Below are positions 1 through 10,904 of a DNA stretch of 64,000 nucleotides, piece after piece (position 1 is the first letter of the stretch; every line of letters starts with the position of its first letter). The DNA is from an uncultured delta proteobacterium. Lineage in GTDB: Bacteria > Myxococcota > Myxococcia > Myxococcales > Anaeromyxobacteraceae. A program made the translations under genes and the position numbers. Below the pieces are notes generated by a model, which was not told where the DNA came from, ran no database searches, and worked only from the letters and a program-made list of their open reading frames with translations. The DNA lies in contig CAWFDF010000013.1 of NCBI GenBank assembly GCA_963814585.1, positions 1 to 64,000 on the forward strand, in the 5' to 3' direction.

Positions 1-491
1 TGCCCTGTACTTGGTTCGGTTGGTCTTGTAGAAGTACTCGTGCCAGAAGCGGCGCTGCCTTCGCCTTGGTCGCCTTGGTCCACATGGGCACGATGAACTT
101 CTCCACCGCCCGGAAGGCCTCGTCCTCGGGGATGCAGGTGTCGGTGACCCGGCGCATCCGCGCCTCGAGGATGCGGGTGTCGTCGTCCTTGGTGAAGTAG
201 CGGTACTCGGGGAAGTCCTTGTAGGCGTGGTGGGCCACCAGCCGGAAGAGCGACTCCTCCAGGTTGGCGCCGGTCACCGAGAGGCCGTGGACCAGGCCGG
301 CGCGGATGGCCGGCGCCAGCGTGATGCCGAGCTGCGCCGACGACATGGCCCCGGCCACGGCCCAGAACATCTTCCCGCCGCCCTCGACGTGGCGCCAGTA
401 GGCGACCAGCGCGTCGCGCGTGACCCGGGCGTTGAAGTTCTTGTAGTTCTCGAGGACGAAGCTGGAGGAGCGGCTGGGTGGCGGTCGACAT
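1..491 (-). CDS. Deoxyhypusine synthase-family protein (runs off the window edge; two apparent frameshifts)
   Basis: Manual translation from ATG at 491: MSTATQPLLQ / FVLENYKNFNARVTRDAL...GKMFWAVAGAMSSAQLGITLAPAIRAGLVHGLSVTGANLEE...RRVTDTCIPEDEAFR. The AGAMSS and TGANLEE motifs are typical of bacterial DHS-like proteins. The frame slips near 461 and near 60. Confidence 0.75.
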   Translation of the reverse strand, partial: MSTATQPLLQLRPRELQELQRPGHARRAGRLLAPRRGRREDVLGRGRGHVVGAARHHAGAGHPRRPGPRPLGDRRQPGGVALPAGGPPRLQGLPRVPLLHQGRRHPHPRGADAPGHRHLHPRGRGLPGGGEVHRAHVDQGDQGEGSAASGTSTSTRPTEPSTG

Positions 492-578
492 GGGCGACCT
501 TCTAGCACGCCCCCGGGGTGCCTCGCCCGGGCAAGATGAGGTGGCCGGGACCCCTTCCATGGCCCTGGTACCGGCGGG

Positions 579-1282
579 TCAAGGCTCCACCGAGAGCTTC
601 TCCATCAGCGCCTTCAGCTCGGGATCCTCGGACAGGGCCTCGGCCTTCTTGCGCGCCGCGCCGGCCGCGTCACCGGCCCCGCTGGCGCCCTGGTCGAGCG
701 CCTCCTTCAGGCCCGACTTCTCCAGCAGCCGGCTCCAGCCCGGGTCACGCAGCAGCCGCTCCCGCTTGGCCGGATCCCGCCAGAGCTCCGCCAGCCGCTG
801 GGCCGCCCGCGCCGCCTTCGGGCTGGCCAGCGCCAGCAGGTCGTGGCGGGCCGCCAGGCCGCCGCCCGCGAGCCCCGGCTCTCGACGCGCAGCGGGCCGA
901 GCGCCAGCCGCCCGCCCATCAGCGCCAGCAGCGAGAGGAAGACCCAGGCCACCAGCGCTCCCTTGGCCGCGCCCAGCACGGCGCCCAGCGCCCGGTCGAG
1001 CCCGCCCGGCTCCTCCTCCTCGCCCTGCACGGCGCGCCGGATGGCCCGCGCCAGCATCGCCACCACCATCCACGCCGCCACGAAGGCGCCGGCCACCACC
1101 AGGGCGCGGGTGGCCGCCGAGGGGTCCTGGAGCTGCTGCACCACCCGCGGCGCCAGCCAGCGGGCCGCCGCCCAGCCGGCCACCACCCCGGCCAGCTTGA
1201 GCACCTGCCAGAGCGCGCCGCTCATCGCGCCGGCCACGGCGGCCAGCAGCACCAGCCCCAGCAGCACCAGGTCGAGCGTCAC
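579..1282 (-). CDS. cvpA: CvpA (colicin V production) family membrane protein, frameshifted near 855
   Basis: ORF 707..1282 gives DLVLLGLVLLAAVAGAMSG...LDRALGAVLGAAKG (CvpA pattern). A helical C-terminus continues in the 579..1073 frame; restoring one G gives ...SRAAAWAARHDLL. Confidence 0.75.
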
Positions 1283-1290
1283 GGCCTCTC

Positions 1291-1854
1291 CTACTTGATC
1301 CGGTAGTCGCCCTTGGGGCGGGTCTTCTCCAGCTCGGCGCGGACCAGGGCCAGCTGCTCCTGGAAGCGCGCGTTGCCGGGCTCGTACATGAGCGCCCCCT
1401 TGAGCTGGCGCTCGGCGGCGTCCCAGCGCTGGGCGCCGATCTCGACCAGGGCGGCCGCGTAGAACTTCCGGCCGTTGGGCGTCTGCCCCAGCTGCTCCTC
1501 GAGCTTGCGCTTCTGGCCGGCCAGCACCGCCGACTCCTCGGCCTCGGTGAAGCGGAGCTTCCTGGTCCGCTCCGGTCCGGACACGTCGGCCAGGTACTTG
1601 ACCCGCTTCTGGTCGTCGCGCAGCACCGTGTAGGCCTCGTTGATGCGCCGGTAGATGCGGCCGATCATCTCGCGCACCGCGGCGCTCTCCACCGCGGCGT
1701 ACCGGTCCGGGTGGTAGGCGCGTGACTCGCGGTAGTAGGCGGCCTTGACGTCGGCGGCGCCGGCCCCGGGCTCCAGCTTGAGCACGCCGTAGTAGTCGAG
1801 CTGGTCGAGCACCGTGGCCAGCATCTCGACCTCCATGAGGAACTGCGCGTCCAT
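1291..1854 (-). CDS. J-domain (DnaJ-like) co-chaperone with C-terminal TPR-like helices
   Basis: DYYGVL...KAAYYRESRAYHPDRY...INEAYTVLRD (HPD motif); lies directly downstream of the Hsp70 gene. Confidence 0.9.
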   Translation of the reverse strand: MDAQFLMEVEMLATVLDQLDYYGVLKLEPGAGAADVKAAYYRESRAYHPDRYAAVESAAVREMIGRIYRRINEAYTVLRDDQKRVKYLADVSGPERTRKLRFTEAEESAVLAGQKRKLEEQLGQTPNGRKFYAAALVEIGAQRWDAAERQLKGALMYEPGNARFQEQLALVRAELEKTRPKGDYRIK

Positions 1855-1873
1855 GGGTGACCTGGTGCCTCGC

Positions 1874-3478
<1,605 letters not shown>

Positions 3479-3480
3479 GG

Positions 3481-4530
3481 TCAGACAATACTCCAAGGCC
3501 GGGGCACGAAGATGGCCTCCCAGGTCGCCAGCGCGAAGCGATCGGTCATCCCGGAGAGGAAGTCGGTGGCCGCCCGCTCCAGCGTCTCGCCGGGGCGCAC
3601 CGCCGCGCCGTGGCGGGCCTGGAGCCGCGCCGCGTCCTCCAGGCACCAGGCCAGCAGGTCGCGCAGGATGCGCTGCGCCTTGACGAACTCCTCGTGCACC
3701 TCGGGGTTCTCGTAGACCCGGGCGTAGAGGAACTCGCGCAGGCCGAGCAGCGCGGCGTGCACCGGCGACGACATCTCGATGTGCGCGGCCTGGTCGAGGT
3801 CGGAGTGGGCGATGACGTCGCCGATGAGCGTGGCCAGCCGCTGCGAGTGGCGCGCTCCCAGGGTGCGCTTCACCTCGGCGGGCAGGTCGGCCTCGGTGAG
3901 CAGCCCGGCCCGCACCGCGTCGTCGAGGTCGTGGTTGACGTAGGCGATGACGTCGGCGAGCCGGACCACCTCGGCCTCGAGGGTGAGCGCCTTGGTCCCG
4001 GTCCCATGCATGAGCACGTTCCCGCGACCCTTGGAGTGTCGCAGGATGCCGTCGCGCACCTCGGCGGTGAGGTTGAGCCCCTGGCCGTCCCGCTCCAGCA
4101 CCTCGACCACCCGCACCGACTGGAGCACGTGGTGGAACCCGCCGGAGACGGACTCCGCCAGCACCCGCTCGCCGGCGTGCCCGAAGGGCGTGTGGCCGAG
4201 GTCGTGCCCCATCACCATGGCCTCGACCAGCATCTCGTTGAGCCGCAGCGCGCGGGCGATCGACCGGCCCACCTGCGCCACCTCCAGGGTGTGGGTGAGC
4301 CTGTTGCGGTAGTGATCGCCGCGCGGCGCCAGGAAGACCTGGGTCTTGCCGGCCAGCCGCCGGAAGCTCTTGCAGAAGAGCAGCCGGTCGCGGTCGCGCT
4401 GGTAGACCGGCCGCTCGTCGTCCTCCGGCTCGGGCTCGGCCCGGCCGAGGCTCCCCGCCGAGCGCGCGGCGCGCGGGTGGAGGGTCCGCGCCTCCTGCTC
4501 CTCCAGCATGGCTCGGATGGTCGGGCGCAT
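3481..4530 (-). CDS. dgt: Deoxyguanosinetriphosphate triphosphohydrolase (HD family)
   Basis: YQRDRDR, FRRLAGKTQVF, RLTHTLEVAQ, GHDLGHTPFGHAGE, DFLSGMTDRFA. Confidence 0.95.
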   Translation of the reverse strand: MRPTIRAMLEEQEARTLHPRAARSAGSLGRAEPEPEDDERPVYQRDRDRLLFCKSFRRLAGKTQVFLAPRGDHYRNRLTHTLEVAQVGRSIARALRLNEMLVEAMVMGHDLGHTPFGHAGERVLAESVSGGFHHVLQSVRVVEVLERDGQGLNLTAEVRDGILRHSKGRGNVLMHGTGTKALTLEAEVVRLADVIAYVNHDLDDAVRAGLLTEADLPAEVKRTLGARHSQRLATLIGDVIAHSDLDQAAHIEMSSPVHAALLGLREFLYARVYENPEVHEEFVKAQRILRDLLAWCLEDAARLQARHGAAVRPGETLERAATDFLSGMTDRFALATWEAIFVPRPWSIV

Positions 4531-4567
4531 GGTCTCCCCGACGTTCTAGCCGCCGCGCCCGCCCCTG

Positions 4568-5344
4568 TCACGGATAGAAGGAGCGCTCCAGAGTGAGGAC
4601 GAGCAGGTTGGAGAGGGCGTGGGCCACGGTGGGGGCCACCACCGACCCGGTGCGGGCCCGCAGCCAGCCGAAGAGCAGCCCCGGGAAGAAGGTGGCCAGC
4701 CGCCACGGCTGGCCCGAGACCAGGTGGCCGACCGCGAAGAGGGCCTGGGTGGCGAGGAAGCCGTGGCCGATCCGGGCCCCCAGCACGGTCACGCCCCGCC
4801 CCGGCGCCAGCCGCGCCCAGGCGGTCTGCAGCCAGCCCCGGTAGAACAGCTCCTCCGGCAGCGCCACCACCAGCAGCTGCAGCAGCGCGGTCAGCGCCAG
4901 CGACTCGGGGAGGCGGAAGGCGAGGACCGGCACCCCGACGTAGGGCGAGAGGACCCGGGCCACCCCCGCCGGGAGCCTCGGGACCAGCTCGGCGAAGCCG
5001 ATGAACGCGGCCACGAAGAGCGGGAAGATCACGGCGCAGCAGAGCAGCCCCTGCCAGGCGCCTCGCGCCAGCTCGCGCCGGCCTCGTCTCGGCCCGGTGG
5101 CGATGAAGCCGGCGCCGTAGGCCTCCCAGCCCTCGCCTCGCTCGCGCAGCCGGCGATCCGCCAGCACCACGAAGAGGACGGCGCCGACCCCGGCGAGGTT
5201 GGAGGCCAGCAGGCCGGTGGGCTCCGCCAGCGAGATCAGGCGCGCCGCCAGCAGCCCGCCCACCGCCAGCCCCCAGGTGGCGACCAGCCCGCCGGCGCTC
5301 TCGGGCGGGGGCGTCTCGGTGGCGGGCGGGAGGGGCCGGGGCAC
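4568..5344 (-). CDS. CPBP (Abi/CAAX) intramembrane glutamic endopeptidase, myxosortase (MrtX)-like
   Basis: PEELFYRG, FAVGH, WRLATFFPGLLFGW and AHALSN motifs in a multi-TM protein; start uncertain (GTG at 5344 chosen). Confidence 0.85.
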   Translation of the reverse strand: MPRPLPPATETPPPESAGGLVATWGLAVGGLLAARLISLAEPTGLLASNLAGVGAVLFVVLADRRLRERGEGWEAYGAGFIATGPRRGRRELARGAWQGLLCCAVIFPLFVAAFIGFAELVPRLPAGVARVLSPYVGVPVLAFRLPESLALTALLQLLVVALPEELFYRGWLQTAWARLAPGRGVTVLGARIGHGFLATQALFAVGHLVSGQPWRLATFFPGLLFGWLRARTGSVVAPTVAHALSNLLVLTLERSFYP

Positions 5345-5483
5345 GCATCCGGATCTCACGCGTGGCGGCAAGGAGTCAACGTCCAGCGCGCCGGCACGCC
5401 CGGCGGTCGGGCCGGCGTCGCGGGCGTGTGGGCGACGCTCCGACATGCCGGGGCGGCGTGGAGTCGGGCGCGTCCCGGCGTCG

Positions 5484-5506
5484 TGGTACGATCGCCGCTT
5501 CGAGGA
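5484..5506 (+). promoter_or_regulatory. Extended -10 element and RBS for the large surface-protein gene
   Basis: TGgTACGAT at 5484-5492 and GAGGAG at 5502-5507, upstream of ATG 5517. Confidence 0.5.
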
Positions 5507-5516
5507 GACCTCCGCC

Positions 5517-8500
5517 ATGCCCAGCTCACGCCGCCCCAACGCGCCACTCGTCACGGGGCTCGGCGCGCTCATCGCCGTCGCGATGGCGCTGCCGCTCCTC
5601 GCCCCGTCCTGCTCCGACTACCAGCCGGGCGTGAAGGCGTTCGCCAAGGGATCGCTGATCATCCCCATGGACGTCTGCTACCAGTACCAGACGGACCAGG
5701 TGAGGACCTCCTACACGCCGTCGACCAGCTGCCCCGGCGGCACCGTCGAGGGCGGAGACGTCATCAAGGCCTACGGCCTCGTCTACCAGCTCATCCGCAA
5801 CGGCGTGGCGGTCTACTGGATCATCGACCCGGCCAAGGCGGCGCTCGACACCCCCGACCTGGCCCTGCAGTTCAACGCCGGCTTCCCGGTGCTCAAGTAC
5901 GACTGGAGCGGCGCGGCCCCCAGCGTGGCGCCCAACACCGGCAACCACACCGTCAAGTACCTGGGCGGCCCGTTCGTCATCGACGGCTCCGACGCCGCCA
6001 AGGCGGCGCAGGTCTTCCAGAAGTACCGGAGCACCTTCCGCCCCACCGCCACCACCGGCGTCAACGTCCACGTCGCCAACGTCGCCTTCCAGGCCAGCGT
6101 CGCCAAGATGCTGGCCGGCGGCTGGAGCGCCGGCGGAGCCACCCCTCCCAAGCTGGCCCTCCTCAACATCGGCAGCTCCGGGGCCGGCTCGAAGAACTCC
6201 GAGGTGGTGATCCGCGGCTACCTGCAGAAGGCCGGCCTCGACATCTCCGAGCCCGACCCGGCCAACCCGGCCGTGCTGCTGGCCGCCGGCGGCTCGGCCT
6301 CCGGTCCCCACGGCACCATCTACGACCGGCTGGTGATGGAGGACTTCATCCCCAGCACGCCGGGCGACTGGACCACCACCAACCTCTCCAGGAACGGCTA
6401 CCAGATCCTCTGGGTGCCGCACTGGGCCGCCCCCACCTCCTGCAGCGACTGCCCGCCCGGCACCACCTGCCCCTGCCAGAACAAGTACCCGGCCGCCACC
6501 ATCCAGCAGGCGCTCCTGACCATCGGCGCCTTCGGCGCCGCGGGGAAGGACATCTTCGCCGAGTGCGCCGGGCTGGGGAGCTTCGAGGGCGTGGCCGGAG
6601 ACGCCGACTACGGCACCGCCGTGGCGGAGACCCACTTCCAGACCGTGGTCCCCTCCCCGCTGAGCGGGGCCCTCTCCATCAACACCAGCGTCTCCAGCAC
6701 GCCCATCTACCAGCCGGGGTACTTCGCCTCCCCGCTGATGCAGCTCGGCGACTACCCGTTCATCCCGCGCACCGGGGCCATCCAGAACTACCGGCCGGCC
6801 GGCACCTCCACGGCCTACGTCACCGGGGGCACCGACGCCACCGTCCGGCTCATCTCCGAGACCAACGGCGGCGGCGCCTACGACATCTTCACCCACCGTC
6901 CCGGCCTCAAGACCGGTCACGGCGCCTTCGTCTACCTGGGCGGCCACAGCTACTCCGGCACCGACGGCAGCTTCGAGGTCGGCGGCACCCGCCTGGTGCT
7001 CAACACCCTCTTCAACCTCGGCGCCGGCTGCACCGAGAGCGGCGTGGCCTGCGACACCGGCCTGCTCGGCACCTGCGGCCGAGGGGTCTTCAAGTGCGCC
7101 GCCGACGGCAGCACCTACTGCGCCCAGAGCCAGTTCCCGGCCGCCGCCGAGGCCTGCAACGGCCTCGACGACAACTGCAACGGCCTGGTGGACGAGGAGC
7201 TCGACGAGGCCTGCTACGACGGCCCGGCCGGCACCAGCGGCGTCGGCCTCTGCCACGGTGGCCTGAGGAGCTGCGTCCGGAACGGCGACGGCAGCTACGG
7301 CTTCACCGCCTGCACCGGCCAGGTCACGCCGCAGGCCGAGGTCTGCAACGGCCTCGACGACGACTGCGACGGCGCCCCGGACGAGGAGCTGGTGCGGAGC
7401 TGCTACGACGGCGACGCCTCGACCGTCGATCCAGCTACCGGCGTCCCGCGCGGCGCCTGCAAGGCCGGCGTCCAGGCCTGCTCCGACGGGAGCTGGGGCT
7501 CGTGCCGCCCCTGCACCTCGGCCGAGGCGCAGCTGAATCCCCCGCCCGCCGAGTGCCAGGTGCTGCCGCGGCCGGACGACTGCAGCTGCGCCGAGTGCGG
7601 CGGCGGCGGGCAGGACTGGAACTGTGACGGCCAGATCGCCCAGTGCACCGCCTGCGCCCCCGCCGCCGTGCGCGCCTGCTACACCGGCCCGGCCGGGACG
7701 GCCGGCGTCGGCGTCTGCCTGGCCGGGACCCAGACCTGCGACGCCGCCGGCAACTGGGCCACCTGCCAGGGCCAGCAGCTCCCGCAGGCCGAGGTCTGCA
7801 ACAACGCGGTCGACGAGGACTGCAACGGCGTGAACGAGGCCTGGCCCGCCAACTCCAGCTGCGGCGAGTGCGTCAGCGGCACCTCCGAGCCCTGCTACAC
7901 CGGGCCGGACGGGACCGCCGACCGGGGGATCTGCAGGTCCGGGACGCGCCTCTGCGCCGGGGGCGCCTGGGGCGCCTGCGGCAGCGGCACGCCGCCGACG
8001 CTGCCGGTCAGCGAGGTCTGCGACGGCCTGGACAACGACTGCGACGGCGTGACGGACGACGACGCCCAGTGCGGACCGGGCTTCGCCTGCGTCAACGGCG
8101 TCTGCGTCTACGACGCCTGCGGCCCCGAGATCCCCTGCGCCGAGGGGTACGCCTGCGTCACCGGTCGGTGCCAGCTGGCCGGGTGCGGGAGCGGCGGCCA
8201 GTGCCCGGCCGGCTTCACCTGCCGCAACGGCTCCTGCGTGGATCCCAACGCCGGCCTCACCTGCGGCCCCGGCTCGTCCCCGGCCGGCGGCTTCTGCACC
8301 GGCGGCGCCTGCTACGAGGCCGGCTGCGGCGGCGGCCAGATCTGCCTCGAGGGGTCCTGCGTCGCCGACCCCTGCGCCGGCGTCATCTGCCCGGGCGGCA
8401 CCTTCTGCCGGCAGGGCGACTGCGTCCAGGCCTGCGCCTTCCTCGCCTGCGCGACCGGCCAGCGCTGCGACGCGGACGGCTTCTGCGTCGCCGACCCCTG

Positions 8501-10904
8501 CGCCGGCACGAGCTGCGGACCGACCCAGACCTGCGTGGACGGGACCTGCATCGCCGATCCCTGCGCCGGCGTCGGCTGCGGCCGCGGCCAGGCCTGCCGC
8601 GACGGGGCCTGCCAGGACAATCCGTGCGCCGGCATCCTCTGCCCGACCGGCCAGTGCCAGGTGGGCCAGTGCTACGCCACCGGCAGCACCGCCGGCACGC
8701 CGGAGACGCCCGAGACCAGCGGCTGCGGCTGCACCACGGGCGGCCCGGGCACGCCGCTGGCCCTGCTGGCCCTGCTGGCGCTCGCCCCCCTGGCCCGCCG
8801 GCGCCGGCGTCCGGGGTCCCGCGGCGCCGCGCTGCTCGGCCTGCTGGTGCTGGTGACCACGGCGGCCGGCTGCAAGAAGGAGGCGCCCTTCGATCCGGCC
8901 ACCTGCACCGCCCCCGGCGTCGGCCTCACCGTCTGCGAGGGCGAGGAGCGCTGCGTCGACCTGGTCCTCGACCCGTCCCACTGCGGCAGCTGCGGCCGCT
9001 CCTGCCAGGCCGGCGAGACCTGCGTGGACCAGGTCTGCGGCCCGGCCAGCAGCGTGGCCCCCACGGTCACCGGGGTGTCGCCGGTGACCATGCCGCGTGG
9101 CGGCCTGGCCCCGGTCACGCTCGAGCTCTCCGGCCAGCGCTTCGCCGCCGGCGCCACCGTCCGGGCCACGCACCTCGGCGGAACCACCACCTTCGCCACC
9201 AGCTTCCTCGACGCCAGCCACCTCTCCGCGCTCATCGACCTCAGGGACGCGCCGCCCGACACCTGGCAGGTCCGGGTCGTCAACCCGGACCGGGTCATCT
9301 CCAACCAGAAGGCCGTCCCGGTGGTGGTCCCCACGCCGGCCATCACGTCGCTCACGCCCAGCAGCGCCGCGGTCGGCGCCATCACCACCGTCCGGGTGGC
9401 CGGCACCGGCCTCATGGCCGACAGCCTCTGCCTGATCGGCGGCCCCGCCCTGGCCGACCTGGCGCTCCCGGCCACCCTCACCCTCTCCGGCCTCGACTGC
9501 GAGGTGGACCTCTCCACGCTGCAGCCCGGCCCGTACCAGATCTGGGTGGCCAACCCGACCGGCGGCGGCAGCCCGCTCCTCTCCAGCAAGCTCCCCTTCA
9601 CCGCCACCAGCAGCGGCAGCACCACGCTCGACTCCCTGGCACCGACCGCCGGCCAGTACAACACCATCACGGCGCTCACCGCCTTCGGCTCCGGCTTCGA
9701 CATCACCAGCCGGGTCGTCTTCGTGGTCACCATCCCGCCGGCCGCGGCCGTCGAGCTGGAGCAGGCCACCTCCTTCCGCAGCTCCACCGAGCTGCACGTG
9801 GCGGCCCTCGACCTGACCCGCTGCCCGGGGCCGGTGGTCTGCCCGGCCTCCGGCTCCGGCGCCCTCTACGCCATCAAGGTGAGGACCGGCTCCGGCCAGG
9901 CCGGCCCCCTGGCCTACACCATCGACAGCAACCCGCCGCAGGCCAACTCGCTCTCGCCGGCCTCGGCCTACCAGGGGGATCAGCCGGTGGTCACGGTGAC
10001 CGGGACCAACCTCGCCGGCGGGGTGCTGCAGTACCAGCCCCCGGGCGGCGCCTTCGTCACCGCCACCAGCACCAGCTCGACGGCCACCAGCGCCACCGGC
10101 ACCATCGACCTGATCGGGACCCCGGTCGGGACCTACCAGGTCCGGCTGCAGTTCCCGACCGGCGCCTTCTCCGCCTCGCTCCCCTTCAGCGTCCTCTCCA
10201 ACGCCGCCGTCCTGCAGGCGGTCAGGCCCGGCAGCGGCGTGCAGGGGATCAACCCGCTCACGGTGACCCTGGACGTGGCCAACCTCCGGCCGCCGGCCAG
10301 CGGCGTGACCGTCGAGTTCTCGGCGCGGCCCGGCGTGGTGCACCCCACCGCCTCGGTGAACGCCACCGCCATCACCACGCAGCTCGACCTGCGCGGCCTC
10401 GTCAGCGGGCCCTACACGATCCAGGTGCGCAACCCCAACGGCGCCCCGCTCTCCAATCCCTCCAACTTCACGGTGACGCCCGGCCCTCCCACGCTGGCCA
10501 GCGTGGGCTGCACCGCCCCGGCGCAATGCCCCACCGCCACCAGCGCCCCGCAGCAGGTGGCGCGGATCCCGGTCACCATCGCCGGCACCAACTTCGCCAG
10601 GCCCGACCTCACCGGGGCCAACGGCTCCACCGTGCACGTCTTCGCCAACTGCACGCCGGTGGTGAACGCGGCCAACCAGGTGACCGGGTGCACCTGCACC
10701 GGCACCTCGCCGTGCATCCCCGATCGGGCCATCGACCAGACCTACAGCCAGGTGACGGTGGTCTCGTCGACCCAGATCGACCTGCTCATCGACACCACCG
10801 CCGCCCTGCCCGCCACCTACTCCTTCTGGGTCTGGAACCCCGGCGGGTCGCCGGCGCCACAGCGCTCCAACCGGCTGCTCGACGCCTTCACCATCACGCC
10901 TTGA
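5517..10904 (+). CDS. 1795-aa Cys-rich cell-surface protein: signal peptide, N-terminal globular domain, MopE-like repeats, Cys-rich repeats, internal MYXO-CTERM, second lipobox, six IPT/TIG-like domains
   Basis: N-terminal hydrophobic stretch ending LLAPSC; E.CNGLDD.C.G repeats; ADPCAG..C repeats; SGCGCTTGG...LALLALLALAPLARRRRR; LLGLLVLVTTAAGC; DPSHCGSCGRSC; P.(V/I)T.(V/L)SP-type Ig-like repeat starts. Strong GC3 codon bias throughout. Confidence 0.88.
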   Translation: MPSSRRPNAPLVTGLGALIAVAMALPLLAPSCSDYQPGVKAFAKGSLIIPMDVCYQYQTDQVRTSYTPSTSCPGGTVEGGDVIKAYGLVYQLIRNGVAVYWIIDPAKAALDTPDLALQFNAGFPVLKYDWSGAAPSVAPNTGNHTVKYLGGPFVIDGSDAAKAAQVFQKYRSTFRPTATTGVNVHVANVAFQASVAKMLAGGWSAGGATPPKLALLNIGSSGAGSKNSEVVIRGYLQKAGLDISEPDPANPAVLLAAGGSASGPHGTIYDRLVMEDFIPSTPGDWTTTNLSRNGYQILWVPHWAAPTSCSDCPPGTTCPCQNKYPAATIQQALLTIGAFGAAGKDIFAECAGLGSFEGVAGDADYGTAVAETHFQTVVPSPLSGALSINTSVSSTPIYQPGYFASPLMQLGDYPFIPRTGAIQNYRPAGTSTAYVTGGTDATVRLISETNGGGAYDIFTHRPGLKTGHGAFVYLGGHSYSGTDGSFEVGGTRLVLNTLFNLGAGCTESGVACDTGLLGTCGRGVFKCAADGSTYCAQSQFPAAAEACNGLDDNCNGLVDEELDEACYDGPAGTSGVGLCHGGLRSCVRNGDGSYGFTACTGQVTPQAEVCNGLDDDCDGAPDEELVRSCYDGDASTVDPATGVPRGACKAGVQACSDGSWGSCRPCTSAEAQLNPPPAECQVLPRPDDCSCAECGGGGQDWNCDGQIAQCTACAPAAVRACYTGPAGTAGVGVCLAGTQTCDAAGNWATCQGQQLPQAEVCNNAVDEDCNGVNEAWPANSSCGECVSGTSEPCYTGPDGTADRGICRSGTRLCAGGAWGACGSGTPPTLPVSEVCDGLDNDCDGVTDDDAQCGPGFACVNGVCVYDACGPEIPCAEGYACVTGRCQLAGCGSGGQCPAGFTCRNGSCVDPNAGLTCGPGSSPAGGFCTGGACYEAGCGGGQICLEGSCVADPCAGVICPGGTFCRQGDCVQACAFLACATGQRCDADGFCVADPCAGTSCGPTQTCVDGTCIADPCAGVGCGRGQACRDGACQDNPCAGILCPTGQCQVGQCYATGSTAGTPETPETSGCGCTTGGPGTPLALLALLALAPLARRRRRPGSRGAALLGLLVLVTTAAGCKKEAPFDPATCTAPGVGLTVCEGEERCVDLVLDPSHCGSCGRSCQAGETCVDQVCGPASSVAPTVTGVSPVTMPRGGLAPVTLELSGQRFAAGATVRATHLGGTTTFATSFLDASHLSALIDLRDAPPDTWQVRVVNPDRVISNQKAVPVVVPTPAITSLTPSSAAVGAITTVRVAGTGLMADSLCLIGGPALADLALPATLTLSGLDCEVDLSTLQPGPYQIWVANPTGGGSPLLSSKLPFTATSSGSTTLDSLAPTAGQYNTITALTAFGSGFDITSRVVFVVTIPPAAAVELEQATSFRSSTELHVAALDLTRCPGPVVCPASGSGALYAIKVRTGSGQAGPLAYTIDSNPPQANSLSPASAYQGDQPVVTVTGTNLAGGVLQYQPPGGAFVTATSTSSTATSATGTIDLIGTPVGTYQVRLQFPTGAFSASLPFSVLSNAAVLQAVRPGSGVQGINPLTVTLDVANLRPPASGVTVEFSARPGVVHPTASVNATAITTQLDLRGLVSGPYTIQVRNPNGAPLSNPSNFTVTPGPPTLASVGCTAPAQCPTATSAPQQVARIPVTIAGTNFARPDLTGANGSTVHVFANCTPVVNAANQVTGCTCTGTSPCIPDRAIDQTYSQVTVVSSTQIDLLIDTTAALPATYSFWVWNPGGSPAPQRSNRLLDAFTITP
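7149..8066 (+). repeat. About five tandem MopE-like Asp/Cys-rich protein repeats
   Basis: EACNGLDDNCNG, EVCNGLDDDCDG, QDWNCDG, EVCNNAVDEDCNG and EVCDGLDNDCDG, interleaved with CY(D/T)G...G.C..G units. Confidence 0.8.

Noticed and set aside
3481..4530. dGTPase as an anti-phage defence gene
   Set aside because: Short housekeeping-type Dgt in a core-looking gene run with no defence neighbours.
7149..8690. CRISPR-like or nucleotide tandem array, or multiheme cytochrome
   Set aside because: The repeats are degenerate protein-level units in frame with no unique spacers or cas genes, and there is no series of CxxCH heme motifs.
5526..10637. Very long antisense and alternate-frame ORFs (e.g. 1703 aa minus; also 4619-7627, 36388-40425, 46366-49131)
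   Set aside because: Shadow ORFs expected in very GC-rich DNA: Arg/Pro/Gly-rich, no motifs, and they overlap well-supported genes.
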